Below, piece by piece: positions 55,636-64,000 of a stretch of 64,000 nt of DNA (positions are counted from its first letter, which is position 1; the number at the start of each line of letters is the position of its first letter). The notes beneath the pieces are model-generated. The model saw only the letters and a list, made by a program, of their open reading frames with translations, was not told where the DNA came from and did no database searches. The DNA is from Minisyncoccota bacterium (GTDB taxonomy: Bacteria; Patescibacteriota; Minisyncoccia; Phycocordibacterales; UBA9973). Position numbers and translations under genes: made by a program. The DNA is taken from assembly GCA_028718635.1 (NCBI GenBank), contig JAQULK010000001.1, positions 396,818 through 460,817 of the forward strand, written 5' to 3'.

Positions 55636-56957
55636 TGAAAACAACTTTCAAAAAAATAATAGTTTATATTTTAAGAATAGAGTCGGAGCTAGTGCTTTTA
55701 AAATATAAACCTAAGATCATAGCCATCACCGGATCAGTGGGAAAAACTTCCACCAAGGACGCAGTCTTTGCTGTCCTTTCAAAAATATCCCATGTACGAA
55801 AAAGTGAAAAAAGTTTTAATAGTGAGATAGGTTTGCCTCTTACCATTTTGGGTGTTCCGAATGGGTGGAACAATCCGCTTATCTGGCTTTTAAATATATT
55901 AAAAGGGTTGTGGCTTTTTCTCAATCCTTTTAATACTGACAAATATCCCAAATGGCTCGTGCTTGAGGTCGGCATAGGGAAGCCTGACGATATGAAAAAG
56001 ACAGCGTCCTGGCTTAAAACTGATGTCGTGATTATGACAGCGATAGGAGACACGCCTTCACATGTTGAGTTTTTCAATTCACACAAGCACCTCGTGGAAG
56101 AAAAAAGTCTGTTGATAAAAACCTTAAAAAAAGACGGTCTTTTGTTGTTAAACGCAGATGATCCGACGATCTTGGAAATGAAAGAAAAAAGCAAAAATCT
56201 TACTGTCACCTATGGATTTAAAGAAGGCGCTGATGTTTTGGGTTCAGGAGATACTATTTTTTACAACAAAGACAACAAACCCGAAGGAATAATATTCAGA
56301 GTAGATGTAGAAGGCAAGAGTTTGCCTATCGTAATAGAAAAAGTTTTTGGAAGAAATCATGTCTATGCGGCTCTCTCCGCTTTGGCATTATCCTTTGGCT
56401 TGAAATTTAATATGATGACAGCGGTAGATTCGCTCAAAGATTATGACGTGGCGCCTGGGCGAATGAGACTGCACAATGGGATAAACGGTAGTTTGATCAT
56501 TGATGATACTTACAATTCTTCTCCCTTTGCTTGCGAGTTTGCGCTTAGAACTTTGGGACAGATAAAAATAGAAAAAAATAAAAACGAAAAGGGGAGGAGG
56601 GTGGCTGTTTTGGGTGATATGCTCGAACTCGGCAAGCATACCAGTGAAGCTCATAAAAATATTGGGAAAATTGCCAAAGATAACGTAGATATTTTAATTG
56701 TTGTGGGTCCAAGAGCAGAAAAGATAAAAGAAGGGGCGATAGAAGCAAGAATGAATGAAGAAAGTATTATTCAATTTTTAAATTCACGTGAGGCAGGGAA
56801 TTTTATAAAAACTTTTGTAGAGAAAAATGACATTGTGCTGGTAAAAGGTTCGCAAGGGATGCGTATGGAGCGTGTCGTCGAGACTATTCTTTTAGATCAA
56901 GAAAATAAAAGCAAATTATTAGTGCGCCAAGAGAGAGAGTGGCTGGAGAAGAAATAA
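55635..56957 (+). CDS. murF: MurF ligase
   Basis: ITGSVGKTSTK, DDTYNSSP, LGDMLELG, VKGS. Confidence 0.92.
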   Translation: MKTTFKKIIVYILRIESELVLLKYKPKIIAITGSVGKTSTKDAVFAVLSKISHVRKSEKSFNSEIGLPLTILGVPNGWNNPLIWLLNILKGLWLFLNPFNTDKYPKWLVLEVGIGKPDDMKKTASWLKTDVVIMTAIGDTPSHVEFFNSHKHLVEEKSLLIKTLKKDGLLLLNADDPTILEMKEKSKNLTVTYGFKEGADVLGSGDTIFYNKDNKPEGIIFRVDVEGKSLPIVIEKVFGRNHVYAALSALALSFGLKFNMMTAVDSLKDYDVAPGRMRLHNGINGSLIIDDTYNSSPFACEFALRTLGQIKIEKNKNEKGRRVAVLGDMLELGKHTSEAHKNIGKIAKDNVDILIVVGPRAEKIKEGAIEARMNEESIIQFLNSREAGNFIKTFVEKNDIVLVKGSQGMRMERVVETILLDQENKSKLLVRQEREWLEKK

Positions 56958-57023
56958 AAAAGAGGGCCAGCTATACGCTAACCCCCAAAGTGCTCCTCAC
57001 CACTGAGGAGGGGATACTGAAAT

Positions 57024-57323
57024 TCAAGACTTTGGAGTCGAAGGACGATCGGGCTCAGGCAGATTTGCATATCTGCATAGCTGCCTCATTGGATTTTCTG
57101 GAAACAGACTGTACATGTACCTCGTACAGCCCTTATCCTGACCCAGTGCCCGTTTTATCTCTAAAACGAACACTTTAAAAGTGGGTACAATTCCCCACTT
57201 TTCATGATAAACCAAAAGAAAATTAAGTATCTCTAAGTGGTCTATCGTAAGATCTAAACCGTCCGCCTTGGCCAACTTAATGGCCAAATCTAAATCAAAA
57301 TCAGTCGGCATACTCACACTCAC
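57024..57323 (-). CDS. TusE/DsrC-like protein lacking the terminal Cys
   Basis: A...GL.LT.DH..I..FL, Y.LFP.NP..Q.C..A.LP.P; AAGGAGGT SD. Confidence 0.7.
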   Translation of the reverse strand: MSVSMPTDFDLDLAIKLAKADGLDLTIDHLEILNFLLVYHEKWGIVPTFKVFVLEIKRALGQDKGCTRYMYSLFPENPMRQLCRYANLPEPDRPSTPKS

Positions 57324-57420
57324 TCCACCTCCTTTCTTTTCCTTCCTAAGAAGGAAATATTATTTTTTTGCTACATTATTGTCTTTTTTGAGATTACGCC
57401 TAAGTATGAAGAAAGTCAAA

Positions 57421-57672
57421 TCAGATCTCCCCGATAAATTCTTTTATTTTATTCTCGATTTTTTCTATTTTCTCAACCAAATGAGGGTGTTTGTGTAAAT
57501 ATCTTTTTAAAATAGTGTTGGTTTGGGGAAAATAAAAAGACAGTAGTAAAAATCCTATTATCAAAAAAAGAATTCCTTGCAAAAGAGGTACTACTAAACC
57601 AAGCAATCCAAGTAGAATAAAAAATATTCCAAGACCCAAGATTATTATTTTTTTGATTTTCTTTTTCATCAT
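57421..57672 (-). CDS. Small membrane protein (PGPGW/DUF454-like)
   Basis: LGL.GLV.P.LQG.LF..IG pattern. Confidence 0.6.
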   Translation of the reverse strand: MMKKKIKKIIILGLGIFFILLGLLGLVVPLLQGILFLIIGFLLLSFYFPQTNTILKRYLHKHPHLVEKIEKIENKIKEFIGEI

Positions 57673-57725
57673 AAATTTAATATAACATGAAAATATGATA
57701 TTATCATTAAAACTTATTATTCAAA

Positions 57726-58154
57726 ATGAGATTGGATCAGCTTACAAAATTAGCTATACGCCACACCTTGCACTGCCTATTTGGTTGTTCAATAGGGGAA
57801 ATGCTAGGTATGTCCATAACGACCTTGCTTGGCTGGGCAGTATTCGCGAAAGTGATTTTTTCTATACCGCTCGCATTCTTTTTCGGGTACCTTCTTACAT
57901 CTTGGTCGCTTAAAAAGAGTGGTATTTCCTGGCGTCATGCTATCAAGACCGCTTTGTCTATAGACACCGTCTCTATACTTTCCATGGAGGCTGTTGACAG
58001 TACTTTTCTGCTTTTCATTCCGGGTGCAACAAACGCACACCTTGGAGACTCGCTCTATTGGTTTAAATTATTGGCTTCACTCGTAGTCGCCTTTGTTATC
58101 ACTATTCCCGTCAATCGTTATTTCATCTCCCGTAAAAGCGATCATAAACATTAA
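57726..58154 (+). CDS. DUF4396-like membrane protein
   Basis: TLHCL.GC.IGE, DT.SI..ME, PVNR. Confidence 0.75.
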   Translation: MRLDQLTKLAIRHTLHCLFGCSIGEMLGMSITTLLGWAVFAKVIFSIPLAFFFGYLLTSWSLKKSGISWRHAIKTALSIDTVSILSMEAVDSTFLLFIPGATNAHLGDSLYWFKLLASLVVAFVITIPVNRYFISRKSDHKH

Positions 58155-58163
58155 AAGATTTTT

Positions 58164-58742
58164 TTATCTTATACCTGTATCGCAAGAAATAGTTGTTGTG
58201 GTAAAAGTATTTGCGCTTACAGTGATTTGAGGATGATCGCATCTTGGTAGAGTGCCTTCTCCGGCGACTAAGGTATAGTCTCCGGGCGGTAGGGAAACTG
58301 AGAAAATTCCTTTTGTGTCACTGGTAGTCGTTGCAAATGAATGAGCGAGATCGCTTGCTTGAAATACAACAATGTTAGTTTTAAATGGCTTGTCGGCGCA
58401 ATTTGGATCTGGAGGAATGTGCTCGACTGGGCATGTCGGGCCCAACACGACTTTTCCTTTCACTCCTGATTTATACGGAAGAATATTCTTTGTTCCATTA
58501 TTATTGTTTGCGGGAGCAGCCTCGGGGCAAACAGCAAAGTCGCAATTTAATCCCATACGTCCCACATAAGAACCATCTGGGCAGAGTTTCGCTTCCATCG
58601 TGCATGCGACATGGTTAACTGGAATGGCATTATTTTTTTTATTGCTTTTTGCCAAGATACTGCATACTATAGTACATACAATAAACGCCAAGATTAAGAG
58701 CGAGATTGATATGTATAAAAAACGTTTTTCAAAATTTTTCAT
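58164..58742 (-). CDS. Membrane-anchored Cys-rich protein with carboxypeptidase-regulatory-like domain
   Basis: CTMEAKLCPDGSYVGR..C, GPTCPVE, G.F...LPPGDY, DTGIR. Confidence 0.7.
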   Translation of the reverse strand: MKNFEKRFLYISISLLILAFIVCTIVCSILAKSNKKNNAIPVNHVACTMEAKLCPDGSYVGRMGLNCDFAVCPEAAPANNNNGTKNILPYKSGVKGKVVLGPTCPVEHIPPDPNCADKPFKTNIVVFQASDLAHSFATTTSDTKGIFSVSLPPGDYTLVAGEGTLPRCDHPQITVSANTFTTTTISCDTGIR

Positions 58743-58856
58743 AATTAACTATAATGATGACACTAAAGCCAAAACTTTTCAACTGGCAAAATTTTCAATC
58801 AAAAAAAAAGTGTTTTAATAACAAATTAATGATATTATGCTTAAATAAATAATAAG

Positions 58857-59342
58857 ATGATTAAAAAAATTATATTAGCGGGAGGATGTTTCTGGGGATT
58901 GCAGGATCTGATACGAAAACAAGCAGGTGTCGTGAAAACGCGTGTGGGATATACCGGTGGAAAAGTAGGAAATCCAACTTATCGAAATCATGAGGGTCAT
59001 GCGGAAGCAGTAGAGATAGAATATGACACAGAAAAAACTTCTTATAAAAAATTGCTGGATTTTTTCTTTCAAATTCACAATCCTACGACCTTAAACCAGC
59101 AAGGGAATGACAGAGGGACTTCATATCGCTCCGCGATATTTTATAGCAATGAAGAGGAGAAAAAAGAAGCAGAAAATTTTATAGATATCGTAAATAAATC
59201 AAAACGCTGGAAAGATCCTGTGGTTACAACTCTTGAACCATTGGGTGATTTTTACGAAGCGGAGGAATATCATCAAGATTATTTACAAAAGAACCCTGGC
59301 GGATATTCTTGCCATGCCATTTATTTTGATAGTTATCTGTGA
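58857..59342 (+). CDS. msrA: Peptide-methionine (S)-S-oxide reductase
   Basis: [20 protein letters not shown]. Confidence 0.95.
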   Translation: MIKKIILAGGCFWGLQDLIRKQAGVVKTRVGYTGGKVGNPTYRNHEGHAEAVEIEYDTEKTSYKKLLDFFFQIHNPTTLNQQGNDRGTSYRSAIFYSNEEEKKEAENFIDIVNKSKRWKDPVVTTLEPLGDFYEAEEYHQDYLQKNPGGYSCHAIYFDSYL

Positions 59343-59361
59343 CGTATGGTAGAATCACTTT

Positions 59362-59901
59362 ATGAAACTTTTAATACTTTTTGGTCCTCCAGCGGTGGGG
59401 AAAACTACAGTAGGGAAGATAATAGAATCAAAATCAGATTTTAAGCTTTTTCATAACCACATGGCTTTGGATGGCGTTATGCATCTATTTGGAGTTGGAA
59501 CTTCTTCTGAAAATAAACTGAGCAGGATCATTCGAGAGAATATAATAAAAGAAGCTGCAGAAAATAAAATTAATCTTATCTTCACTTATGTTTGGGATTT
59601 TGGACAAGAGAGGGGAAAGAATAATATAGATTTTTACAAAAATATTTATGAATCTGCCGGAGGTAAAGTAATCTTTGTGGAATTAGTTGCGCCGCTTTCA
59701 ATTCGAGCAGAACGCGCAGATAATCCAATGCGTGGTGTAGAAAAAAAGTATGCGCCAAATAAAGAACACGTACTTGCTCTAGAAAATACTCTTAATTTTA
59801 CCAGCCCAACTCCTTTTTTCTATCCCAATTACACAAAAATCGACACAGAAAACAAAACACCAGAAGCTATCGCGGAAGAAATTCTACCTTTGCTTTTATA
59901 G
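59362..59901 (+). CDS. P-loop kinase/AAA-family protein
   Basis: GPPAVGKTT, LFHNH. Confidence 0.75.
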   Translation: MKLLILFGPPAVGKTTVGKIIESKSDFKLFHNHMALDGVMHLFGVGTSSENKLSRIIRENIIKEAAENKINLIFTYVWDFGQERGKNNIDFYKNIYESAGGKVIFVELVAPLSIRAERADNPMRGVEKKYAPNKEHVLALENTLNFTSPTPFFYPNYTKIDTENKTPEAIAEEILPLLL

Positions 59902-59914
59902 CATAAGGAATCTG

Positions 59915-59986
59915 TGACTCTACTGGGAATCGCACCCAGATTTGAAGCTTGAGAAGCTTCCGTCCTGACTATTAGACGATAGAGCC
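59915..59986 (-). tRNA. tRNA-Glu(CTC)
   Basis: gaagc-ttCTCaa-gcttc; T-loop tgcgatt. Confidence 0.88.
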
Positions 59987-60129
59987 TAAAGAAACTTACT
60001 TGGGAAAATATAGCATTTTTCATCAAAAAACTAAAGAAAATTAAAACTAAAGGCTAAATAATAATTCCGCTAGGAAAGACCTAGCGGTAGAGTAATAACA
60101 GTTTTTACCGCTCATGTTATAATCATCAT

Positions 60130-60597
60130 ATGAAAAAATTTATATCGGTGATAATTATTATCATTATTTTAGTAATTATGGCTTTGGTCTGGCAGATTAA
60201 TGTTAAAAAAGAAACGACCATGGAGCCGAGCCTGGTAAGTAATATGGATACAGGAAACGCTGAACAGAAAAAAGATCTTATTCGCGTATTTTCACCCCAG
60301 CCAAACGATGTGATAAAAAATTCAATCGACATAAAAGGCGAGGCGAGAGGGAATTGGTTTTTTGAAGCTTCTTTTCCTATTAAATTAATTAACACCGAAG
60401 GCAAGGAAGTTCCGCTTTCTCAAGGTTATATTATGACTTCAGCAAATTGGATGACGACCGATTTTGTTCCTTTTGAACAAGTTGTCACTTTCCATACACA
60501 AAAAGCCGGGAAGGGGAAACTAATCCTAATGAAAGACAATCCATCTGGACTTCCTCAAAATGCTGATGAACTCGTCATTCCTATTTCATTTGAGTAA
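60130..60597 (+). CDS. Gmad2 immunoglobulin-like domain protein
   Basis: TM; G.ARG.WFFEASFP, WMT..FVPF, DNPSG. Confidence 0.8.
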   Translation: MKKFISVIIIIIILVIMALVWQINVKKETTMEPSLVSNMDTGNAEQKKDLIRVFSPQPNDVIKNSIDIKGEARGNWFFEASFPIKLINTEGKEVPLSQGYIMTSANWMTTDFVPFEQVVTFHTQKAGKGKLILMKDNPSGLPQNADELVIPISFE

Positions 60598-60603
60598 TAA
60601 AAT

Positions 60604-61659
60604 TTAGTCTCCTGATTTTGGCTTCTCCACTTCAAGAAGCGCTAGCTCGGGTGAAGCGCCGGCTATGCGAAGCACATCTTTGTCTATCTTTTTTAGTTCT
60701 TTATTTGAAGCGTTGTAGTGGTTCACCACTGTGCCCAGGGCATTGCCGAGCTTGTTGTGATATTCATCATAAGATTTTAAATGTTTGCCGAGGTCTTCTA
60801 CTTTTTTAATTATTTCTTTAGCGGACTCTTCTATTTGCAGAGCCTTGAGTCCTTGCAGGACAGTTTGCAGATAAGCAAGAAATGAAGTGGGGGAGGTGAT
60901 AATGACTTTGTACTTTCCAGCCGCGCGTTGGATTAGGTTCTCATTATCGTCACTTGCGCCGACCTTATTGGTGATCAAATCATAGTAAATGGCTTCGTGG
61001 GGGATAAACATAAATGCAAAGTCAGTAGTGCCTTTGGTGGGCTGGATGTATTTTGATGTTTCAGTAATGCGATTTTTTAAATCATTTACAAAAATTGTTT
61101 CTAGTCTTTTTTTCTCGGTGCCGTCATGTTCCTCGGCCATTTTGTTGTAATTTTCTAAGGAGAATTTTGAATCGATAGGAATGATTTTATCTTTCACAAA
61201 AACAACTGCGTCCACGATGGTTCCATCGGGGAAAGCATACTGCATCTGATAGCTTCCAGGAGGCAATACATTTTTCAAAACTGTTTCTAAATAATATTCG
61301 CCTAAAATTCCGCGTTGTTTTGGATTTTTTAAGATATTTTCCAGGCTTTGGAGCTGGTCAGCGAAGGAGATGACTTGCTTGTTTGTCTCGTCCAGACGGG
61401 TGAGTCTCTCTGTGACGTCCCGAATTATTTTATTTGATTCAGAAGAATGGAACTTCAAACTTTCATTGACCTGTTTGTGGGACTCGCCGATCTTGCTATC
61501 TACAGTTCTAGAAAGTTCATTTATTTGCGTCAAGATAAGATTCAATCCGATGTCGTCTTTTCCATTTATGTTCTTTTTTCTATTATTAAGGTAAAGCAAG
61601 AAAAAAATAATAGTTATACAGACAATTATTATAATTATTAAAAAAATATTTTCTTCCAT
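60604..61659 (-). CDS. rmuC: DNA recombination protein RmuC
   Basis: NPKQRG.LGE..LE, IDSKF, MFIP.E, SPT. Confidence 0.92.
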   Translation of the reverse strand: MEENIFLIIIIIVCITIIFFLLYLNNRKKNINGKDDIGLNLILTQINELSRTVDSKIGESHKQVNESLKFHSSESNKIIRDVTERLTRLDETNKQVISFADQLQSLENILKNPKQRGILGEYYLETVLKNVLPPGSYQMQYAFPDGTIVDAVVFVKDKIIPIDSKFSLENYNKMAEEHDGTEKKRLETIFVNDLKNRITETSKYIQPTKGTTDFAFMFIPHEAIYYDLITNKVGASDDNENLIQRAAGKYKVIITSPTSFLAYLQTVLQGLKALQIEESAKEIIKKVEDLGKHLKSYDEYHNKLGNALGTVVNHYNASNKELKKIDKDVLRIAGASPELALLEVEKPKSGD

Positions 61660-61691
61660 ATTAGTAATTTTAGCATTTTTAATTTATAAAC

Positions 61692-61932
61692 AAAAACTCT
61701 GGCCTTATGCCAGAGTTGCGTAGTCTTCTAAAGACTAAAGTTTTTGTAGTGGGTACGTCTTTGAAAGGTCTTTGGTTAAAAGTAGGATCCAACCATTCCT
61801 AAACAGTTGGCAGAAAACCTCAAACTCATATTATAAGTATGTAATTACTAATCCCCATACAAGTGAGTTGCCTCACACATTCGCAGTCGTCAGCATAGCT
61901 GGCTTTACTTCAGGGCTATACGCCTGTACAAC
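61692..61932 (-). ncRNA. Putative unannotated structured RNA
   Basis: TTTACA-17-TACAAT promoter (61937-61965), several hairpins incl. gtgag-GCAA-ctcac, terminator aactctggc-ataag-gccagagttttt; no ORF in track. Confidence 0.55.
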
Positions 61933-62014
61933 TACTATTGTAAAATAAGTATGTTTTTTTGTAAAGGTGGATAACTTAAATTATTTATATAACCAGTGTG
62001 TTATGATTGCATTT

Positions 62015-62671
62015 ATGGATTTATTTGAATTTAAAGATAAACATTTTCAAGAGGCTTATTTATTTGATCCAAAAGAATACGGGAGAATTTTTTCTTTTGT
62101 AGATTTTGCTAACGTAAGGAATTGGGCGAAAGTTTTTTGGAAAAAAGAAAATAAAGAATATTTAAAAAAAGAAATTGATATAGAAAAAATTCATAAATTA
62201 ATTAATCATATTAAGGCAAGCAAAAAATATTTTTATTATGGGCATTATAAAGAGCATATAGATTTACCTGAGGAACATACTTTAAATTTGAAATATCGCC
62301 AATCAATATTTCGTATAGATAAAGCTAGAAAATGTGGTTTCAGAGTTCGTACTAAAGATATAAAAGAAATAAACAATTTTGATGAAGATGGTAAATTTTT
62401 AGGAAAAATAAATAAATGTAACTTTGATGTAGAAATGACAATGGACATAATACAACAAATGGAAAAATACGATACAATATTTCTTTGGTCTGGAGATAGT
62501 GATTTTCATACCCTTTTACAATATTTAAAATCAAAAAAGAAAAAAGCTATTGTTATTTGTGCTAGGGATTTTGTTAGCGAAGAACTTAAGATGAATTGTG
62601 ATAAATATATTCCAGCTGATTCTTTAAAAGATCATTTAGAGTATGTAAAAACAAACTCGCCCAAGCGGTAA
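62015..62671 (+). CDS. NYN/LabA-domain protein
   Basis: FVDFANV, KCNFDVE, SGDSDF. Confidence 0.85.
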   Translation: MDLFEFKDKHFQEAYLFDPKEYGRIFSFVDFANVRNWAKVFWKKENKEYLKKEIDIEKIHKLINHIKASKKYFYYGHYKEHIDLPEEHTLNLKYRQSIFRIDKARKCGFRVRTKDIKEINNFDEDGKFLGKINKCNFDVEMTMDIIQQMEKYDTIFLWSGDSDFHTLLQYLKSKKKKAIVICARDFVSEELKMNCDKYIPADSLKDHLEYVKTNSPKR

Positions 62672-62783
62672 AGCTTGGGCGAGGCATAAATACAATCCTA
62701 ATATCCTATAGGCGAGGGTAATTTTCATTACAAGTTTAGTATAATATATTTGTTGTAAAAAAACAACAATATGTGGATAACTA

Positions 62784-63515
62784 TTATTTTTCTAAATAAT
62801 GCTTCAAAGTGTAAATCCAATCTTCGTCTATGCCGTCGCCGTTTAATTTTTGGTCTAAAAGCCATTGCAAATAGCCTCTATCTACTTTTATTACATCCTC
62901 AATTCTTTTACCATTATGTTTGCCGAATTTGAAAGTGTGCAAAAGGGAAGGATGCGAAGAAATTTCTATCATTTTATTTATAACTTCCTCTTCTGTAAGT
63001 TCTTTTTCTTTCTCTGTTAGCATCTTCGACATTTTATTTTTCAATCTTTCGAAAAGTTTTTCTAACACTAAAACATCCCCCATAGCATCGTGGGCAGTGG
63101 CTTCTACTTCGATATCCAACAAATAGCGCAAATATTGCAGAGTGTACCGGTCAATTTTTTCTTCTTTATCTAAATATCTGGCGAGCCTTAGAGTGCAGAT
63201 GAAATTTTTTGGTTCTATACTTTCTTTTTTAATTATTGCCAAATCGAAGGGGGCATTGTGGGCAACGACAACAGAATCTTTGTCTTCAAAAAGTTTTTTA
63301 ATTATTGCCTGATCAGTGCTTTCTTTAAAAGTAGGTTTATCAGCTACCATTTTATTGGTGATGTGGTGCACAGCTGAAGCCTCCGGAGGAATCTTTATTT
63401 CAGGCTTATAGAGGCCTGTAAAACTTTCGTCTTTGCTTTTATAGGCGATTTGAACCAAAAAATCCTTTTCTGTATTGCCTGTGGTTTCTGTATCAAAAAA
63501 TATCAACTTAGACAT
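62784..63515 (-). CDS. DEDDh 3'-5' exonuclease (exonuclease X-like)
   Basis: FDTETTG, AHNAPFD, AHDA.GD, FGKH.G...Y..W. Confidence 0.88.
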   Translation of the reverse strand: MSKLIFFDTETTGNTEKDFLVQIAYKSKDESFTGLYKPEIKIPPEASAVHHITNKMVADKPTFKESTDQAIIKKLFEDKDSVVVAHNAPFDLAIIKKESIEPKNFICTLRLARYLDKEEKIDRYTLQYLRYLLDIEVEATAHDAMGDVLVLEKLFERLKNKMSKMLTEKEKELTEEEVINKMIEISSHPSLLHTFKFGKHNGKRIEDVIKVDRGYLQWLLDQKLNGDGIDEDWIYTLKHYLEK

Positions 63516-63622
63516 CCCATTAAAAATTTTAATTAATAATCTATATCATTATAACATGTTTTTTGAATTTCTAACGGGACAGGTAGTGCTATTTTAGCAT
63601 ACTTCTGGTATGATTTATATAG

Positions 63623-63733
63623 ATTTATAAAATATCAATTTTTCTTCGGTACGGATTTTTTTCTGTTGAAAAAAATCCTGAAGTTCTCGCGCCGTCGCGC
63701 TCGAAACCCCTTCAAAAATTATATTTTATAAAT
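63623..63733 (+). repeat. Hairpin element family A, copy 4
   Basis: same core; outer stem atttataaaatat/atattttataaat. Confidence 0.8.
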
Positions 63734-63740
63734 TTTTGTT

Positions 63741-64000
63741 ATGTTACACGAACAAATAAAAAATGGAATAAAAGAAGCGATGATGGCAAAGGATGCTTTA
63801 CGGCTGAAGGCTTTTCGCGCGATGTCCTCGGCCTTTACAAATGAACTGGTAGCGAAGAATAAAAAACCGCAAGACATGCTTTCGGATGAAGAAGCCTTGG
63901 CGGTGATTACCAGGCTGGCAAAACAGAGGAAAGACTCTATCGAGCAATTTAAAAAAGGGAATCGAGAGGATTTAGTAAAAGAAGAACAAGAAGAGCTCTC
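63741..64000 (+). CDS. GatB/YqeY-domain protein, 3'-truncated by window edge
   Basis: own translation: MLHEQIKNGIKEAMMAKD...KQRKDSIEQFKKGNREDL. Confidence 0.88.
   Translation, partial: MLHEQIKNGIKEAMMAKDALRLKAFRAMSSAFTNELVAKNKKPQDMLSDEEALAVITRLAKQRKDSIEQFKKGNREDLVKEEQEEL

Noticed and set aside
60067-60112. Overlapping hairpins ccgctagg/cctagcgg upstream of the Gmad2 gene
   Set aside because: Single copy in the window; cannot be assigned to a family or function.
61692-61932. tmRNA, RNase P or SRP identity for the structured RNA
   Set aside because: No tRNA-like ends, no GAGGAAAGUCC, no SRP GGAA-loop motif recognised on either strand.
31860-62782. Replication origin from DnaA boxes
   Set aside because: Boxes are single and scattered; no cluster and no dnaA/dnaN in the window.
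1-64000. UGA-to-Gly recoding (code 25)
   Set aside because: Conserved genes are full length in code 11 and TGA ends genes such as msrA and the RAYT at expected positions.

Overview
AT-rich chromosomal segment of a small-genome bacterium, most likely Patescibacteria/CPR (Parcubacteria, Nomurabacteria-like). This is inferred from gene content, compact proteins and tRNAs mostly lacking an encoded CCA; the standard code 11 is used. The backbone is housekeeping: GH130/mannose cluster, hpf, fmt/def, hisS, lepB, pth, dnaE, pentose-phosphate and lower glycolysis genes, lepA, valS, tsaD, trxB, ftsZ/ftsA, greA-lysS, mraZ-rsmH-ftsL-ftsI-murF, rmuC and 7 tRNAs. Main unusual signals: (1) between def and fmt, a tyrosine recombinase lacking the IntI patch sits beside an integron-like array of two self-contained cassettes, each starting GTT, ending in a complementary AAC and bounded by long inverted arms; a Y1/RAYT transposase element interrupts the array; (2) ~120-bp TCCCG...CGGGA elements inserted at start codons, regenerating the ATG; (3) several families of hairpin elements, many in frame inside essential genes, some with a conserved core but site-specific outer stems; (4) an unannotated ~240-nt structured RNA with promoter, possible pseudoknot and terminator next to a NYN nuclease gene; (5) a (GA)9 tract that puts a mosaic surface-protein gene out of frame; (6) widespread leaderless-type promoters. 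All calls come from reading the sequence by eye; no searches or folding programs were run.
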